NCBI GenBank assembly: GCA_036785375.1
Contig: JAWMAR010000054.1
Span: 9,796,001 to 9,860,000 of the forward strand
DNA from: Leucoraja ocellata
Taxonomy: Eukaryota
Direction: 5' to 3'
Length of the DNA: 64,000 nt
In this document: positions 37,400 to 50,153 of the stretch, one piece after another
Layout: each line of letters opens with the position of its first letter
Position numbering within the stretch: position 1 is the first letter of the stretch
The notes under the pieces: generated by a model
Database searches by the model: none
Told to the model about the DNA's origin: nothing
Seen by the model: the letters and a program-made list of their open reading frames with translations, nothing else
Position numbers and translations under genes: made by a program

Positions 37400-37712
37400 A
37401 TAGACTTTGGAATTTAGAGATTCAGCATGGAAACAGGCACTTTGACCCATCGAGTCGATGCCGACCAGCGATCATCCCGTACACGAGCACTATCCTACAC
37501 ACTAGGGACAATTTGCAAATTACAGAAGCCAATTAGCCTATAAACCTGAGTGTCTTTGGCGTGAGGGAGTAAACTGGAGCAGCTGGAAAAAACCCACACA
37601 GTCACAATGAGAACATGCAAACACCACACAGACAGAACCCATAGTCAGGATTGAACCCGGGTCTCTGGCGCTGTAAGGCAGCAACTCGATAGCTGCACCA
37701 CTGAGCCGCCCC
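37400..37712 (-). mobile_element. tRNA-derived V-SINE (HE1-like), full length
   Basis: A-box TGGTGCAGCT, B-box GGTTCAATCC, V-domain GTTTGCATGTTCTC, CR1-like tail GGCCTGTTTCCATGCTG-type. Confidence 0.85.
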
Positions 37713-38038
37713 TTGACTTGATTAGTGAACACGTCATATATAGGAGCAAGGATGTACAACTTTATGTTAGGCTACCCCTGAAGTACTATTGTGCAGTTCA
37801 ATGCTTGCCACATTATATGAGGCCATCGACTGCACTCGAAAGGGTGCAGAGAAAACTCACAAGGATAGTGCCTGGGATGAAATATTTCAGTTGCAACAGA
37901 ATGGACAGAACAGGTTTGTTTTTCTTGAGGCAGAGGTGAGTAATGGGCATCTAAATGATGTATGCAAAATCATGAGGCTCGAGACACATAGGGAGCAAAA
38001 AACATTTCTGTGTATCCGAATTGTTTTGCCCCAAAGAG

Positions 38039-38292
38039 CATTTTTCACACAGAGAGTGGTGAATCTGTGGAACTCTCTGCCACAGAGGGTAGTTGAGGCC
38101 ACACAGTTCATTGGCTATATTTAAGAGGGAGTTAGATGTGGCCCTTGTGGCTAAAGGGGATCAGGGGGTATGGAGAGAAGGCAGGGATGGGATACTGAGT
38201 TGGATGATCAGCCATGATCATATTGAATGGCGAATGGTGCAGGCTCGAAGGGCAGAATGGTCTACTCCTGCACCTATTGTCTATGTTTCTAT
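38039..38292 (+). mobile_element. CR1-A 3' end, following an old CR1 fragment at about 37735-38030
   Basis: FFTQRVVNLWNSLP; tail. Confidence 0.88.
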
Positions 38293-38372
38293 TTTTAAGG
38301 TCCGAGATTAAAAAAATGTTCTTTCTTATATCTTCATTCACTCTTTGGCGACACTACTTTGGTAGTCTAGGG

Positions 38373-38715
38373 CAGTGATTCCCAACCTGGGGCCTTATGT
38401 CAAATTTCAGGGGGGGGGGCACAGAAAAATGTTGGGATTTAGGGGGCCACCTGTCCAATGAAGGGGGCCACAGAGCTACCACCCTGTTGCCTCCAAAATT
38501 TCAGTTCTAATAAATTTAAATCTATGTAATTGAAATATTTTTGACGTTTGTGGAATAGAATAAAAGTAAATATATAGAATTAATAGACACTGATATCTTT
38601 ATGGAAGGTATTATAATATTGAAGTACTTTTTTTCCGCTAATAATGTCAGAGGGGGCACAGAAAAATTAAAAGATCCCAAGGGGGCCATGAGCTAAAAAT
38701 GTTTGGGACCCACTG
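38373..38715. mobile_element. hAT (Charlie-like) MITE
   Basis: Termini CAGTGATTCCCAAC / GTTTGGGACCCACTG; 8-bp TSD GTCTAGGG/ATCTAGGG. Confidence 0.8.
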
Positions 38716-38800
38716 ATCTAGGGGGGGTCCTATCTTTTCCCTCATTTTCAGGTTTAAAGGGTCAAAATTGAAGCTGTACAATATTTGTATAATTTTACAT

Positions 38801-39273
38801 GCCATATAACCATATAACCATATAACAATTACAGCACGGAAACAGGCCATCTCGGCCCTACAAGTCCATGCCGAACAAATTTTTTTTTCCCCTTAGTCCC
38901 ACCTGCCTGCACTCATACCATAACCCTCCATTCCCTTCTCATCCATATGCCTATCCAATTTATTTTTAAATGATACCAATGAACCTGCCTCCACCACTTC
39001 CACTGGGAGCTCATTCCACACCGCCACCACTCTCTGCGTAAAGAAGTTCCCCCTCATATTACCCCTAAACTTCTGTCCCTTAATTCTGAAGTCATGTCCT
39101 CTTGTTTGAATCATCCCTATTCTCAAAGGGAAAAGCTTGTCCACATCAACTCTGTCTATCCCTCTCATAATTTTAAAGACCTCTATCAGGTCCCCCCTTA
39201 ACCTTCTGCGCTCCAGAGAATAAAGACCTAACTTATTCAACCTATCTCTGTAACTTAGTTGTTGAAACCCAGG
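38801..39273 (-). mobile_element. CR1 LINE subfamily D
   Basis: ORF2 C-terminus and tail. Confidence 0.92.
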
Positions 39274-39589
39274 CCGAATGTTTTATTCTGGTACAATTGC
39301 TTCTAATAAAAATAATTTAAAATACATATTTTTTTTAAAGAATCTGGGCCCCATTCACATTGTCTGAGTGGGACAAGGAGGCTGACACTCTCACAATATT
39401 CAATTATCCACATATACATTTGGATGATCGTATCACACGAGATTATGGACCAAAAGCTGGTAAATGGGATGAACAGAGATGGCTCCTCGACAGTTGGCAC
39501 AGACACAGTAGGGCAAAGAGTTTATTTCTGTGTGGTATGCCTCTATTTCAGATTGTCACGGCCTCGGTAATAGCAAATGTTTACCAAAT

Positions 39590-40352
39590 TATTATAATAA
39601 TAATAATAATATATTTTATTGTCATTGCACGTCAGTGCAACGAGATTTAGTATGCAGCTCCAACCGATGACAAAATAGAGAGAGTACAGAGGAGATTTAC
39701 TAGAATGTTGCCTGGGTTTCAACAACTAAGTTACAGAGATAGGTTGAACAAGTTAGGTCTTTATTCTCTGGAGCGCAGAAGGTTAAGGGGGGACCTGATA
39801 GAGGTCTTTAAAATGATGAGAGGGATAGACAGAGTTGATGTGGACAAGCTTTTCCCTTTGAGAATAGGGAAGATTCAAACAAGAGGACATGACTTCAGAA
39901 TTAAGGGACAGACGTTTAGGGGTAATATGAGGGGGAACTTCTTTACTCAGAGAGTGGTAGCGGTGTGGAATGAGCTTCCAGTGGAAGTGGTGGAGGCAGG
40001 TTCATTGGTATCATTTAAAAATAAATTGGATAGGCATATGGATGAGAAGGGAATGGAGGGTTATGGTATGAGTGCAGGCAGGTGGGACTAAGGGGAAAAA
40101 AATTTGTTCGGCACGGACTTGTAGGGCCGAGATGGCCTGTTTCCGTGCTGTAATTGTTATATGGTTATATGGTAAAAGTAAAATAAATAAATAAGCTGTG
40201 TGACGTGGCCATCCGAGGGAGACAGTCCAGGGGGGCTGGGGGGGGGGGCACTCAGCAGGGCCGGTTCAGAGCCGCTATAGCTCTGGGAATAAAGCTATTT
40301 CTGAGTCTGGAGGTTCGGGCATAGAATGCCTTGTAACGTCTGCCGGAGGGAA
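39590..40352 (-). mobile_element. Rex1-like 3' end split by CR1-D
   Basis: LPSGRRYKAFYARTSRLRNSFIPRAIAALN at 40260-40352; (ATT)n tail at about 39590. Confidence 0.72.
39680..40173 (+). mobile_element. CR1 LINE subfamily D
   Basis: Frame 39705-40091; tail. Confidence 0.92.
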
Positions 40353-40993
40353 GTTCACTTGGTTTTTGGTCTTCTGGGTAGAGTAACGACACCGACAGGC
40401 AAATGTTCATACATGCAGTTCACTTGGTTTTTTGGCATCGCTGAAGACATCCCACTAACAGCTGTACAAGCAACTCACATTCCATGCTGAGCATTTACTG
40501 GAAAATGAAGATTGGTCGAAGATCTATGAAATTTCTGGCTCAAATCAAAATCAGCAAGTATGCATTCAAGGAGTTCAAATAGGTTAAAGCTGTTTGCATT
40601 TCACACCTCAAGCCCACTGATACTAGTTACATCTTGAACACAATGGGTGGTCTACAGACCATTTTCCCACTCCCCCCCCCCCTGCCTCCCACCAACACCA
40701 ATGTTAGTCAAGGGAATAAAAGGTCACCCCACTGCATCAAAAAATTTGGCACTCTACCAAGTAGAAAGAAAAAAACAAAAATAAAACATGATCCCCATGT
40801 GTTAGTGCGTCACAGTCTGAAACGGTTCAATAAGTTTCCGTGGTTTGTCTTCAGAACAGTATGAAAGCAACTTGAACGCTCGGAACGAGGATTTACACAG
40901 CTGTAATCCAATCATTGGCCTCACAACAACAACACCAACAACAACAAACTTCATCCATGGTTTCCCTCCAGAAGGCAATGACTTCATGCTAAA

Positions 40994-41490
40994 CATTTCT
41001 CACAGAGAGTGGCGAGTCTGTGGAACTCTCTGCCTCGGAGGGCGGTGGAGGCAGGTTCTCTGGATGCTTTCAAGAGAGAGCTAGATAGGGCTCTTAAAAA
41101 TAGCGGAGTCAGGGGATGTGGGGAGAAGGTTGGAACGGGGTACTGATTGGGGATGGTACGCAAAATTGCTGGAGAAACTCAGCGGGTGCAGCAGCATCTA
41201 CGGAGCGAAGGAAATAGGCGACGTTTCGGGCCGAAACCCTTTCCTTATTTCATTTTCACCTATTTCCTTTAAGGGGTTTCGGCCCGAAACGTCGCCTATT
41301 TCCTTCGCTCCATAGATGCTGCTGCACCCGCTGAGTTTCTCCAGCAATTTTGTGTACCTTCAATCTTCCAGCATCTGCAGTTCCTTCTTGAAAACATGAT
41401 TGGGGATGATCAGCCATGATCACATTGAATGGCGGTGCTGGCTCGAAGGGCCGAATGGCCTACTCCTGCACCTATTGTCTATTGTCTATT
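40994..41490 (+). mobile_element. CR1-B 3' end carrying a PLE palindrome (41156-41396)
   Basis: TGATTGGGGATG duplication; same junctions as 15454-15699. Confidence 0.88.
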
Positions 41491-41770
41491 GATGCCCACC
41501 ACATTGTGCCCACGTGGATCTGCACTACCTTTAGCAGTGGATATCAAAAATATATTCAACAACAAGTTTATCAGCCACAACATTCTACCCATGTCTCCAC
41601 ATGGTAATAACACTTGCCGGTCGGTGACCCTTTACTCTACCCAGAAGACCAAAGGAAAACTGTGGGATCACTAACTGAATCTATCCAAGATTTGCCAACA
41701 CATCAGGTTTAATCCAGCCACCTTCCTGCTTTCCGTGGCACCAGCTGTCATTTGCTTTGATTTGGCAAAT

Positions 41771-42218
41771 TAGAAACATAGAAATTAGGTGCAGGAGTAG
41801 GCCATTCGGCCCTTCGAGCCTGCACCGCCATTCAATATGATCATGGCTGATCATCCAACTCAGTATCCCGTACTCCGGTAGGCGGCGCGGCTCTGGCCAG
41901 CAGCGGCCTCTGCAGCCTGTCCGCGTTTTTATTATTTTTTGTCTGTGTTTTTATGTAGTTTTTGTTATTTTATGTTGGGGTGTGTGTGTGGGGGGGCGGG
42001 GGTGGGGTGGGAGGGGGCGGGAAACTTTTTGAATCTCTCCCTGCACTGGTGACCCGACCTTTTCTCGTCGGGTCTCAGGTGTCGTTGAGGCCGCAACGAG
42101 GAGCGGCCTCCAACGGGAAGAGACCGGGGACTCAGGTGTCGACTCACCGTTGCCGTCGCGGAGCTGGCCGAGACCGGAGCGGGTGGAGCGGTGGAGGAGC
42201 GCTGCTGCTGCTGCTGTC

Positions 42219-42254
<36 letters not shown>

Positions 42255-43003
42255 ACCGGAGAGTCGGAGGCTCCAACGACGGGTCTGTGGACGACGGCAC
42301 CGGGAGCCCACGGCTCCCTGGAGGGAGACCGCTTCTCAGGGCTCCTGCAACGGCGACTTCTCCCGCCCGAGTTGCGGGGTTGAAGAGCTCCTGGAGCGGG
42401 GCCTGACACCACTGCCCCGCGCGGCTGGAATGGCCGCGGACTCTGCGAGCGCACACCGGGGGCTCTAACACCAAGACCCGGTGTGCGACCTCGCACCACC
42501 CGGCGTGGCTTTAATGGCCGCGGGACAATCGCCATCGCCAGCCGGGGGCTATGACTTTGACTCTGACATCGGGGGGGGGGGGAGAGTGCAGTGGAGAGAT
42601 AAGTTTATTTGGCCTTCCATCACAGCTATGTGATGGATGTTTATGTTAAATGTAATTATTGTTGTGTCTGGGGTCTATTTGTATGTAATGTATGGCTGCA
42701 GAAACGGCATTTCGTTTGGACCTCCAGGGGTCCAAATGACAATTAAATTGACTCTGACTCTGACCTGCCTTCTCTCCATACCCTCTGATCCCCTTAGCCA
42801 CAAGGGCCACATCTAACTCCCTCTTAAATATAGCCAATGAACTGTGGCCTCGACTACCCTCTGCGGCAGAGAGTTCCAGAGATTCACCACTCTCTGTTGT
42901 GAAAAAAGTTCTTCTCATCTCGGTTTTAAAGGATTTCCCCCTTATCCTTAAGCTGTGACCCCTTGTCCTGGACTTCCCCAACATCGGGAACAATCTTCCT
43001 GCA
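41771..43003 (-). mobile_element. CR1-A split by the 41874-42762 insertion
   Basis: CAGTATCCCGTAC|...|ACCTGCCTTCTC continuity. Confidence 0.88.
41874..42762 (+). mobile_element. Young ~890-bp CpG-rich non-coding retroposon, hairpin family, with (GCT)n tract
   Basis: Inserted in a young CR1; two 3' stem-loops; (GACTCT)n tail. Confidence 0.75.
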
Positions 43004-43307
43004 AACAATTCATCCATAGACCTATAAATAATTTAAAGTCAGCAACTTAAGGGGGTTAGCGGTGAACCATGTTTGTAACAAAGCCATGGGGATCACATTA
43101 TAGTATAGGTGGATAAAACAAAAAACGCTACACTCATTTCATTCTTGGCAACAACATTCATTCATTATCTTTGTATATAACATTGCAAATAATCAGCAAG
43201 ATTTATCTGATTTATAATTGCACTGATTGGCTGGCATGATAGCAAATGACAACAATCAGATCTAGTTCCATTTAATGTATCTGAGGAAATAAAATCAAAT
43301 CTCATAA

Positions 43308-44221
43308 ACAATAGACAATAGAAGAAGGGTTTCGGCCCGAAACGTTGCCTATTTCCTTTGCTCCATAGATGCTGCTGCACCCGCTGAGTTTCTCCAGCAC
43401 TTTTGTGTATAATAGACAATAGACAATAGGTGCAGGAGTAGGCCATTCGGCAGCTTCAAGCCAGCACCGCTATTCAATGTGATCATGGCTGATCATCCCC
43501 AATCAGTACACCGCTCCTGCCTTCTCCCCATATCCCCCTTAGGAAGGACATTATTGCCATAGAGGGAGTGCAGAGACGGTTCACCAGACTGATTCCTGGG
43601 ATGTCAGGACTGTCTTATGAAGAAAGACTGGATAGACTTGGTTTATACTCTCTAGAATTTAGGAGATTGAGAGGGGATCTTATAGAAACTTACAAAATTC
43701 TTAAGGGGTTGGACAGGCTAGATGCAGGAAGATTGCTCCCGATGTTGGGGAAGTCCAGGACAAGGGGTTACAGCTTAAGGATAAGGGGGAAATCCTTTAA
43801 AACCGAGATGAGAAGAACTTTTTTCACACAGAGAGTGGTAAATCTCTGGAACTCTCTGCCAAAGAGGGTAGTTGAGGCCAGTTCATTGGCTATATTTAAG
43901 AGGGAGTTAGATGTGGCCCTTGTGGCTAAGGGGATCAGGGGGTATGGAGAGAAGGCAGGTACGGGATACTGAGTCGGATGATCAGCCATGATCATATTGA
44001 ATGGCGGTGCAGGCTCGAAGGGCTGAATGGCCTACTCCTGCACCTAATTTCTATGTTTCTATGTTTCTATCCCCTGACTCCGCTATTTTTAAGAGCCCTA
44101 TCTAGCTCTCTCTTGAAAGCATCCAGAGAACCTGCCTCCACCGCCCTCTGAGGCAGAGAACTCCACAGACTCTGTGAGATAAAGTGTTTCCTCGTCTCTG
44201 TTCTAAATGGCCTACTCCTTT
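43308..44221 (-). mobile_element. CR1-B with a PLE fragment in its tail (43320-43410) and nested CR1-A
   Basis: B sequence resumes at 44068 after a TATCCCC duplication. Confidence 0.85.
43541..44068 (+). mobile_element. CR1 LINE subfamily A (nested)
   Basis: Frame 43568-43972; tail. Confidence 0.92.
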
Positions 44222-45095
44222 CTTTCACCATTTCTTGTTGAACAATGGAAAGCATTCCAAAGGTGTCAGGAATGTATTTTCCTCAGTAAAAACAGATTGA
44301 ACATCAGATAAAAATCTAAAGTCCTTACCTTTACTAAATCATGCAGAAACAATTGCTTAGCAGCTATATGTTTATGGGATATTCAAAGTTAGTCAACTTA
44401 AAGTAAAAAGTAGTTAACAATTCTTTCTTGTGTGGACAAATTAATCTGAGATACATTAAGCTGTTTTTAATGTTGTGAATGTGAATTTTAAGCAGGAAAA
44501 GCAGGATATCATCAGTTCACCCCTTCATCTTAAAGTAAGTATTAAAGTGGTCATGCTGGTTCTTTTGTTTGACATAGAAATTTTGACCTGCTCCACCTCC
44601 AGAGACCTGGTACATTCATTCATCCAAACTATCGGTCTGAAAGTATGCTCGCAAGGAAAAACACTTTAGGTGAGTGAAGTCCCATGTTTGCCCTCATCCC
44701 AAATCTTGGGGGGTTGCAGGATTGACCAAACAGCAAATTACTCTACACTTCATTAAAATAAAACAATTCACATTAATAGTGAATGGTCGACACTGCGAAT
44801 CTCAGACCGTGGCCAGTGCACTCGTCCCAGAATTAATATGTAGCATACAATCTCAAAATGGCAACGACTGGTTTGTGTACATCATTTGGCCAGAATCAGA
44901 CATTTGCTCCTTTCAGTGGTCATAGGTCAAGCAAAAATAGAGGAGAACAGTCAGTCTTTAGATCTCCTTTGGACAACTCAGCAAGGACAACTTGCAAAGA
45001 CCTGGGACTATTCCTGGGATTCTGGAACTATTCCTGCAACCCCTGTAAGAAAAATACCATTGGTGCAAGAGAATGCGATTGCTCTTGTTCCCATA

Positions 45096-45766
45096 AGGGC
45101 CTGTCCCACTTACGTGTCCTTGGCACGCAAATTACGTGACCTCGTGGTAGCGTTGAGGCGTACGGGCATCGTATGGCCGCGCGGGGCCGGTCCCACTGAG
45201 AAGCGCGGAGGGGAATGTAGTTGTACGTGACATCGCGCGGGGCTCTGAAATTTTTGTAGCGAACGAAATCTTCTCGCGCCAACGGCCTGTCGTGGAACTG
45301 ACGGCCAAAGTGGGACAGGCCCAAGACCCTGGCACGACGCAACGTCTCACCTCCAACAGCAGCAGAAGCCGGCAAACCATCGCCGAACTCGGCCTGGGGC
45401 TCACGGCCGTTGTGGTCCGGATCCGCCCCCACTTCTACTCCCAGAGCGGGGCCAAGAAAATTGAAGATGGACACAAAATGCTGGAGTAACTCAGCGGGAC
45501 CGGCAGCATCTCTGGAGAGAAGCAATGGGTAACGTTTCGGGTCAAGATCCTTCTTTTCAGACTGAAGAAGAGTCTCGACACAAAATGTCACCCATTGCTT
45601 CTCTCAAGAGATGCTGCCGGTCCCGCTGAGTTACTCCAGCTTTGTGTCCATCTTCAAATGACGTCACGCGCTCCAGACGGCTGTGCGGTCGAATGAAATC
45701 GCGCGCGACCTTCGCGGGACCGTGGCGTAATTTGCGTGCCAAGGACACGTAAGTGGGACAGGCCCT
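45096..45766. mobile_element. PIF/Harbinger-like MITE containing a PLE palindrome (45461-45657)
   Basis: About 40-bp TIR AGGGCCTGTCCCACTTACGTGTCCTTGGCACGCAAATTACG; close homologue at 58775-59458. Confidence 0.85.
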
Positions 45767-46282
45767 TCACTGTCAGGACTCTTATAAACTGTTTTACAAG
45801 TCAGTTTGACCAATAATAATTGTATTGCTTTTTCTGGAGGCTGAGGGGTTGATCTGAAAGTATATAAAATGATAAAAGACATAGATGGGGGGTAATGGTG
45901 AGAGTCTTTTTCACGGGGGTGGGAAGGTCAAACAGCACAGGACAGAGTTTTAAAAATGAGTGTGGGAAAATTCAACGGCAAATTTAAAAAAAAAACAGAC
46001 AGTGTGTAATTGCCTGCTGCACCAAGCCACAAAGCAGATACAACTGCAACATTTAACATGCATGTGGACAGACATGAATAGAGGGATATATGTGCAAGTA
46101 CATATGATTAAATGAGTTTACACGCAGACAGGGTAGGCTGAATGGCCTGTTCTTGTGTTGTGGTTTACTATGTTGTAATCAGATCATGCACAATCTACAC
46201 CGATGTAAGAGTTATATCAAGATAAACTCAAGAATACCAAATGGGCAAACACCATCTATAAGTAGCATTCACACATGTCGTT

Positions 46283-46415
46283 TGTTTAAGAAGGAACTGC
46301 AGATGCTGGAAAATCGAAGGTAGACAAAATTGCTGGAGAAACTCAGCGGGTGCAGCGGCATTTATGGAGCGAAGGAAGTAGGCAACGTTTCGGGCCGAAA
46401 CCCTTCTTCAGATTG
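46283..46415 (-). mobile_element. PLE pLTR 3' end
   Basis: Terminus CTGCAGTTCCTTCTTAAAC on the minus strand. Confidence 0.78.
46384..46411 (-). ncRNA. Minimal type-I hammerhead ribozyme motif
   Basis: Reverse complement reads CTGAAGAAGGGTTTCGGCCCGAAACGTT. Confidence 0.6.
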
Positions 46416-46531
46416 AAGCATATCACATTCACATATGTAAACTGAACCAAAAGTTAAAATGAACTTTTTTTTCCTGTATCATACATTGTACAATGAGTCT
46501 AAAAGCACAAGATTCAGCGAGTTGGCAACAT

Positions 46532-47056
46532 NNNNNNNNNNNNNNNNNNNNNNNNNNNNNNNNNNNNNNNNNNNNNNNNNNNNNNNNNNNNNNNNNNNNN
46601 NNNNNNNNNNNNNNNNNNNNNNNNNNNNNNNNNNNNNNNNNNNNNNNNNNNNNNNNNNNNNNNNNNNNNNNNNNNNNNNNNNNNNNNNNNNNNNNNNNNN
46701 NNNNNNNNNNNNNNNNNNNNNNNNNNNNNNNNNNNNNNNNNNNNNNNNNNNNNNNNNNNNNNNNNNNNNNNNNNNNNNNNNNNNNNNNNNNNNNNNNNNN
46801 NNNNNNNNNNNNNNNNNNNNNNNNNNNNNNNNNNNNNNNNNNNNNNNNNNNNNNNNNNNNNNNNNNNNNNNNNNNNNNNNNNNNNNNNNNNNNNNNNNNN
46901 NNNNNNNNNNNNNNNNNNNNNNNNNNNNNNNNNNNNNNNNNNNNNNNNNNNNNNNNNNNNNNNNNNNNNNNNNNNNNNNNNNNNNNNNNNNNNNNNNNNN
47001 NNNNNNNNNNNNNNNNNNNNNNNNNNNNNNNNNNNNNNNNNNNNNNNNNNNNNNNN
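46532..47056. other. Assembly gap (525 N)
   Basis: N run. Confidence 0.99.
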
Positions 47057-47208
47057 GCACACCCACACACACACCAGCACACCCACACACACACCAGCAC
47101 ACCCACACACACACCAGCACACCCACACACACACCAGCACACCCACACACACACACACACCCACCCACACACACCAGCACACACACACACACACACACAC
47201 ACCAGCAC
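47057..47208. repeat. CA-rich minisatellite, 20-bp unit CCAGCACACCCACACACACA
   Basis: Direct tandem repeats next to the gap. Confidence 0.9.
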
Positions 47209-47565
47209 AGTTTTGCAGCAGTAGATTCGCGACCTTATAGCGGCATAAACCAGGGTTCGATCCTGACTACGGGCGTCGCTTGTACGGAATTTGTACGGTT
47301 TCCCTGGGTTTTCTCCGGGCGCTCCGGTTTCCTCCCACATTCCAAAGAGGTGCAGGTTTTCACTTCATTTCACTTGCACTTTATGTGCAATGTGACAAAT
47401 AAAATCATATTGTATTGTAGTGTATTGGTTTGTAGGTTAATTGGCTTCTGTAAATTCTCCCAAGTGTGTAGCAAAGAACTAGTGTACAGTTGATTACTGA
47501 TTGGCACGGACTCAGTGAGTTGAATGGCCTTTTCCCCACACTGTATCGCTAAAATTAAAACTAAC
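47205..47565 (+). mobile_element. V-SINE (HE1-like) with a LINE tail inserted at about 47362-47420
   Basis: B-box GGTTCGATCC; TCCGGTTTCCTCCCAC V-domain; CR1-like tail. Confidence 0.8.
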
Positions 47566-49498
47566 AACTGTAGCTAAGTAATACTCTCAGGATGAACTTT
47601 AGGACCCATATATGCTGATTCTAGGATTATCCATGCAAGAGATCCAGTTCACACCTCACCAGCATTCCCACATCAAACTCAACTGAAGAGCACTACACAT
47701 TTTCAGGACATTTTCCCACAATTACAACAAAAACATTTTCCTTTCCGATGCCAGAGAAATACGGAAAAGAACAAACCACAATTTCAATGGGAAAAATTCT
47801 TGAAATGTTTGGACTGAATTGGACTGAAATATTGCAACGTTGAACTGTCTAAACTATTATCTCATTAAAAAATTATTATGCAGAATCAAAAGTTTGTAAA
47901 AAGTGTGATCAAAAGCGAAGCAATGAAAGGTAGAAGGAAATACTACTTTTCATTTTCCTTATCTGAAAGCAGACATTGAAGTGCTATGAATCCACAATTA
48001 CAGATGAAATACTCCAACATTACTTTAACGAATCATCCAATTTTTCAATAACCACTAACTGCGCTAATAGTATGCAAACATGGAAACTTATTGGTGGATT
48101 CAACTTTTAATATTTGTCTGCGGTATAAAGGACCGTGACACATAGTAATAAAAACAAGAGACATTTATTTACGTTAATTTCAATTATAAAATAAGTTCAA
48201 AATAATTGAGAGCTTTTCGAAAGACAAAACCTTAACTTAATGCCACAACATACCTGATTAAAATCTCATTGCTGCCTTTGACAAACCAATTCCGCATTGA
48301 TGAAATATACATTTAACGAATAGTACCACAAAAAGATGATTTAAAAACACTTAAGTTGATTCCTACCGCAGAACACTTCAGACAGTCAACTCAAAACATA
48401 AGAACTAAATGTCAAAGTTTTGGTCGACTTTACTGCTGAGAAAACAATCAGGTTCACCAACAACACCCACAAAGCAAAGTCGTACAGGATGTGGGTGGAT
48501 GTTTTCTCCTGTGTAGTTTATACATTTGCTTTTTTTTTTAAATGTTAAACTCAATCTCACTATTTTAGAGTTTAAAAAAAATCTTCCACAAATAAATGGC
48601 ACCAATCAGCCAAATTCCCACCCCGCCCTAAAGTTAACTCATTTGCAAGCTGATGTTTAAACATACACAAGCGGCCATATCTGTGACACTTAATTCCAAC
48701 ACTTTTGGTCAATCCCATTTTCCTTAGCAACTGCTCATGTTTTGTAGATACGGTGTTTCCAGTTCGAAGTCTGCACTCGCTGCTAACCGATTGAGTCAAA
48801 GCACTTGAATTCTTGACACAAAACTAGTATTTGCCTACACTAACACACAGTTGTGCATTATAACAATCTCACCAGTTCTGGGCAAAGATTCAAAACATAA
48901 AATCACTGCAACTTACGTAATATTGACACAACAAGTCTTTTTTCTCACAGTGTCCGGTTTCCAACAGGCGAAAAAAACCTACAGCTTGTTTACATTTTCA
49001 ACTCCATGACAAAAAACTTTTTTTTCCCCCTAAACTCCCAAATTTGTAGAGGTTATATTTTAAAAATAAATAGAATCATTTGTAAGAACTGATTTTCTAA
49101 TTAATCGCACTTGGGTGCAGGTGCAGCTGGATCACATTTTCACTTACAAAAGATCAGGCTGCTATAAAGTGAAAACTTCAACATCAGATAGATTCGCCAC
49201 CGAAAATGGTGGCTGGGTTTTGTGCTGGTGACTTACAACAAATGAAACGACAATTAATCCACCAGGGACCTCCAGAAAAGTAGTGCTGGCTCAGTCTCAG
49301 AACTTAGTTTCACTAGTTCAAAAGAATACCGAAACAATATTTTAGGACATGAGAAATGCCACATTATCTTTATGCCACTTGCAGGTACAATCACCATTTA
49401 TTATTTCGTTCTGGGTAACACCACTAATACACACAAATTACTGAGAGAGAAAAACTATGTTTTAGAGATTATAAATAGTTAGAGATTATAAATAGTTT

Positions 49499-50153
49499 GC
49501 GAATGGTATGTTAGCTTTCATTGCAAAAGGATTTGAGTATAGGAGCAGGGAGGCTCTACTGCAGTTGTACAGGGTCTTGGTGAGACCACACCTGGAGTAT
49601 TGCGTACAGTTTTGGTCTCCAAATCTGAGGAAGGACATTATTGCCATAGAGGGAGTACAGAGAAGGTTCACCAGACTGATTCCTGGGATGTCAGGACTGT
49701 CTTATGAAGAAAGACTGGATAGACTTGGTTTATACTCCCTAGAATTTAGAAGATTGAGAGGGGATCTTATAGAAACTTACAAAATTCTTAAGGGGTTGGA
49801 CAGGCTAGATGCAGGAAGATTGTTCCCGATGTTAGGGAAGTCCGGGACAAGGGGTCACAGCTTAAGGATAAGGGGGAAATCCTTTAAAACCGAGATGAGA
49901 AGAACTTTTTTCACACAGAGAGTGGTGAATCTCTGGAACTCTCTGCCGCAGAGGGTAGTTGAGGCCAGTTCATTGGCTATATTTAAGAGGGAGTTAGATG
50001 TGGCCCTTGTGGCTAAGGGGATCAGGGGGTATGGAGAGAAGGCAGGTACGGGATACTGAGTTGGATGATCAGCCATGATCATATTGAATGGCGGTGCAGG
50101 CTCGAAGGGCCGAATGGCCTACTCCTGCACCTAATTTCTATGTTTCTATGTTT
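49499..50153 (+). mobile_element. CR1 LINE subfamily A
   Basis: Open frame 49508-50059; tail. Confidence 0.93.

Noticed and set aside
37640-37712. tRNA gene
   Set aside because: The A/B boxes belong to a SINE head that continues into the V-domain and LINE tail.
42150-42474. Poly-Ala, poly-Cys and poly-Leu ORFs as a transcription-factor exon
   Set aside because: They arise from a (GCT)n tract inside an element inserted into a LINE; several frames are open because of GC content.
46429-47493. Long ORFs of 228-344 aa (also 26386-26798)
   Set aside because: Artefacts of N runs and CA repeats.
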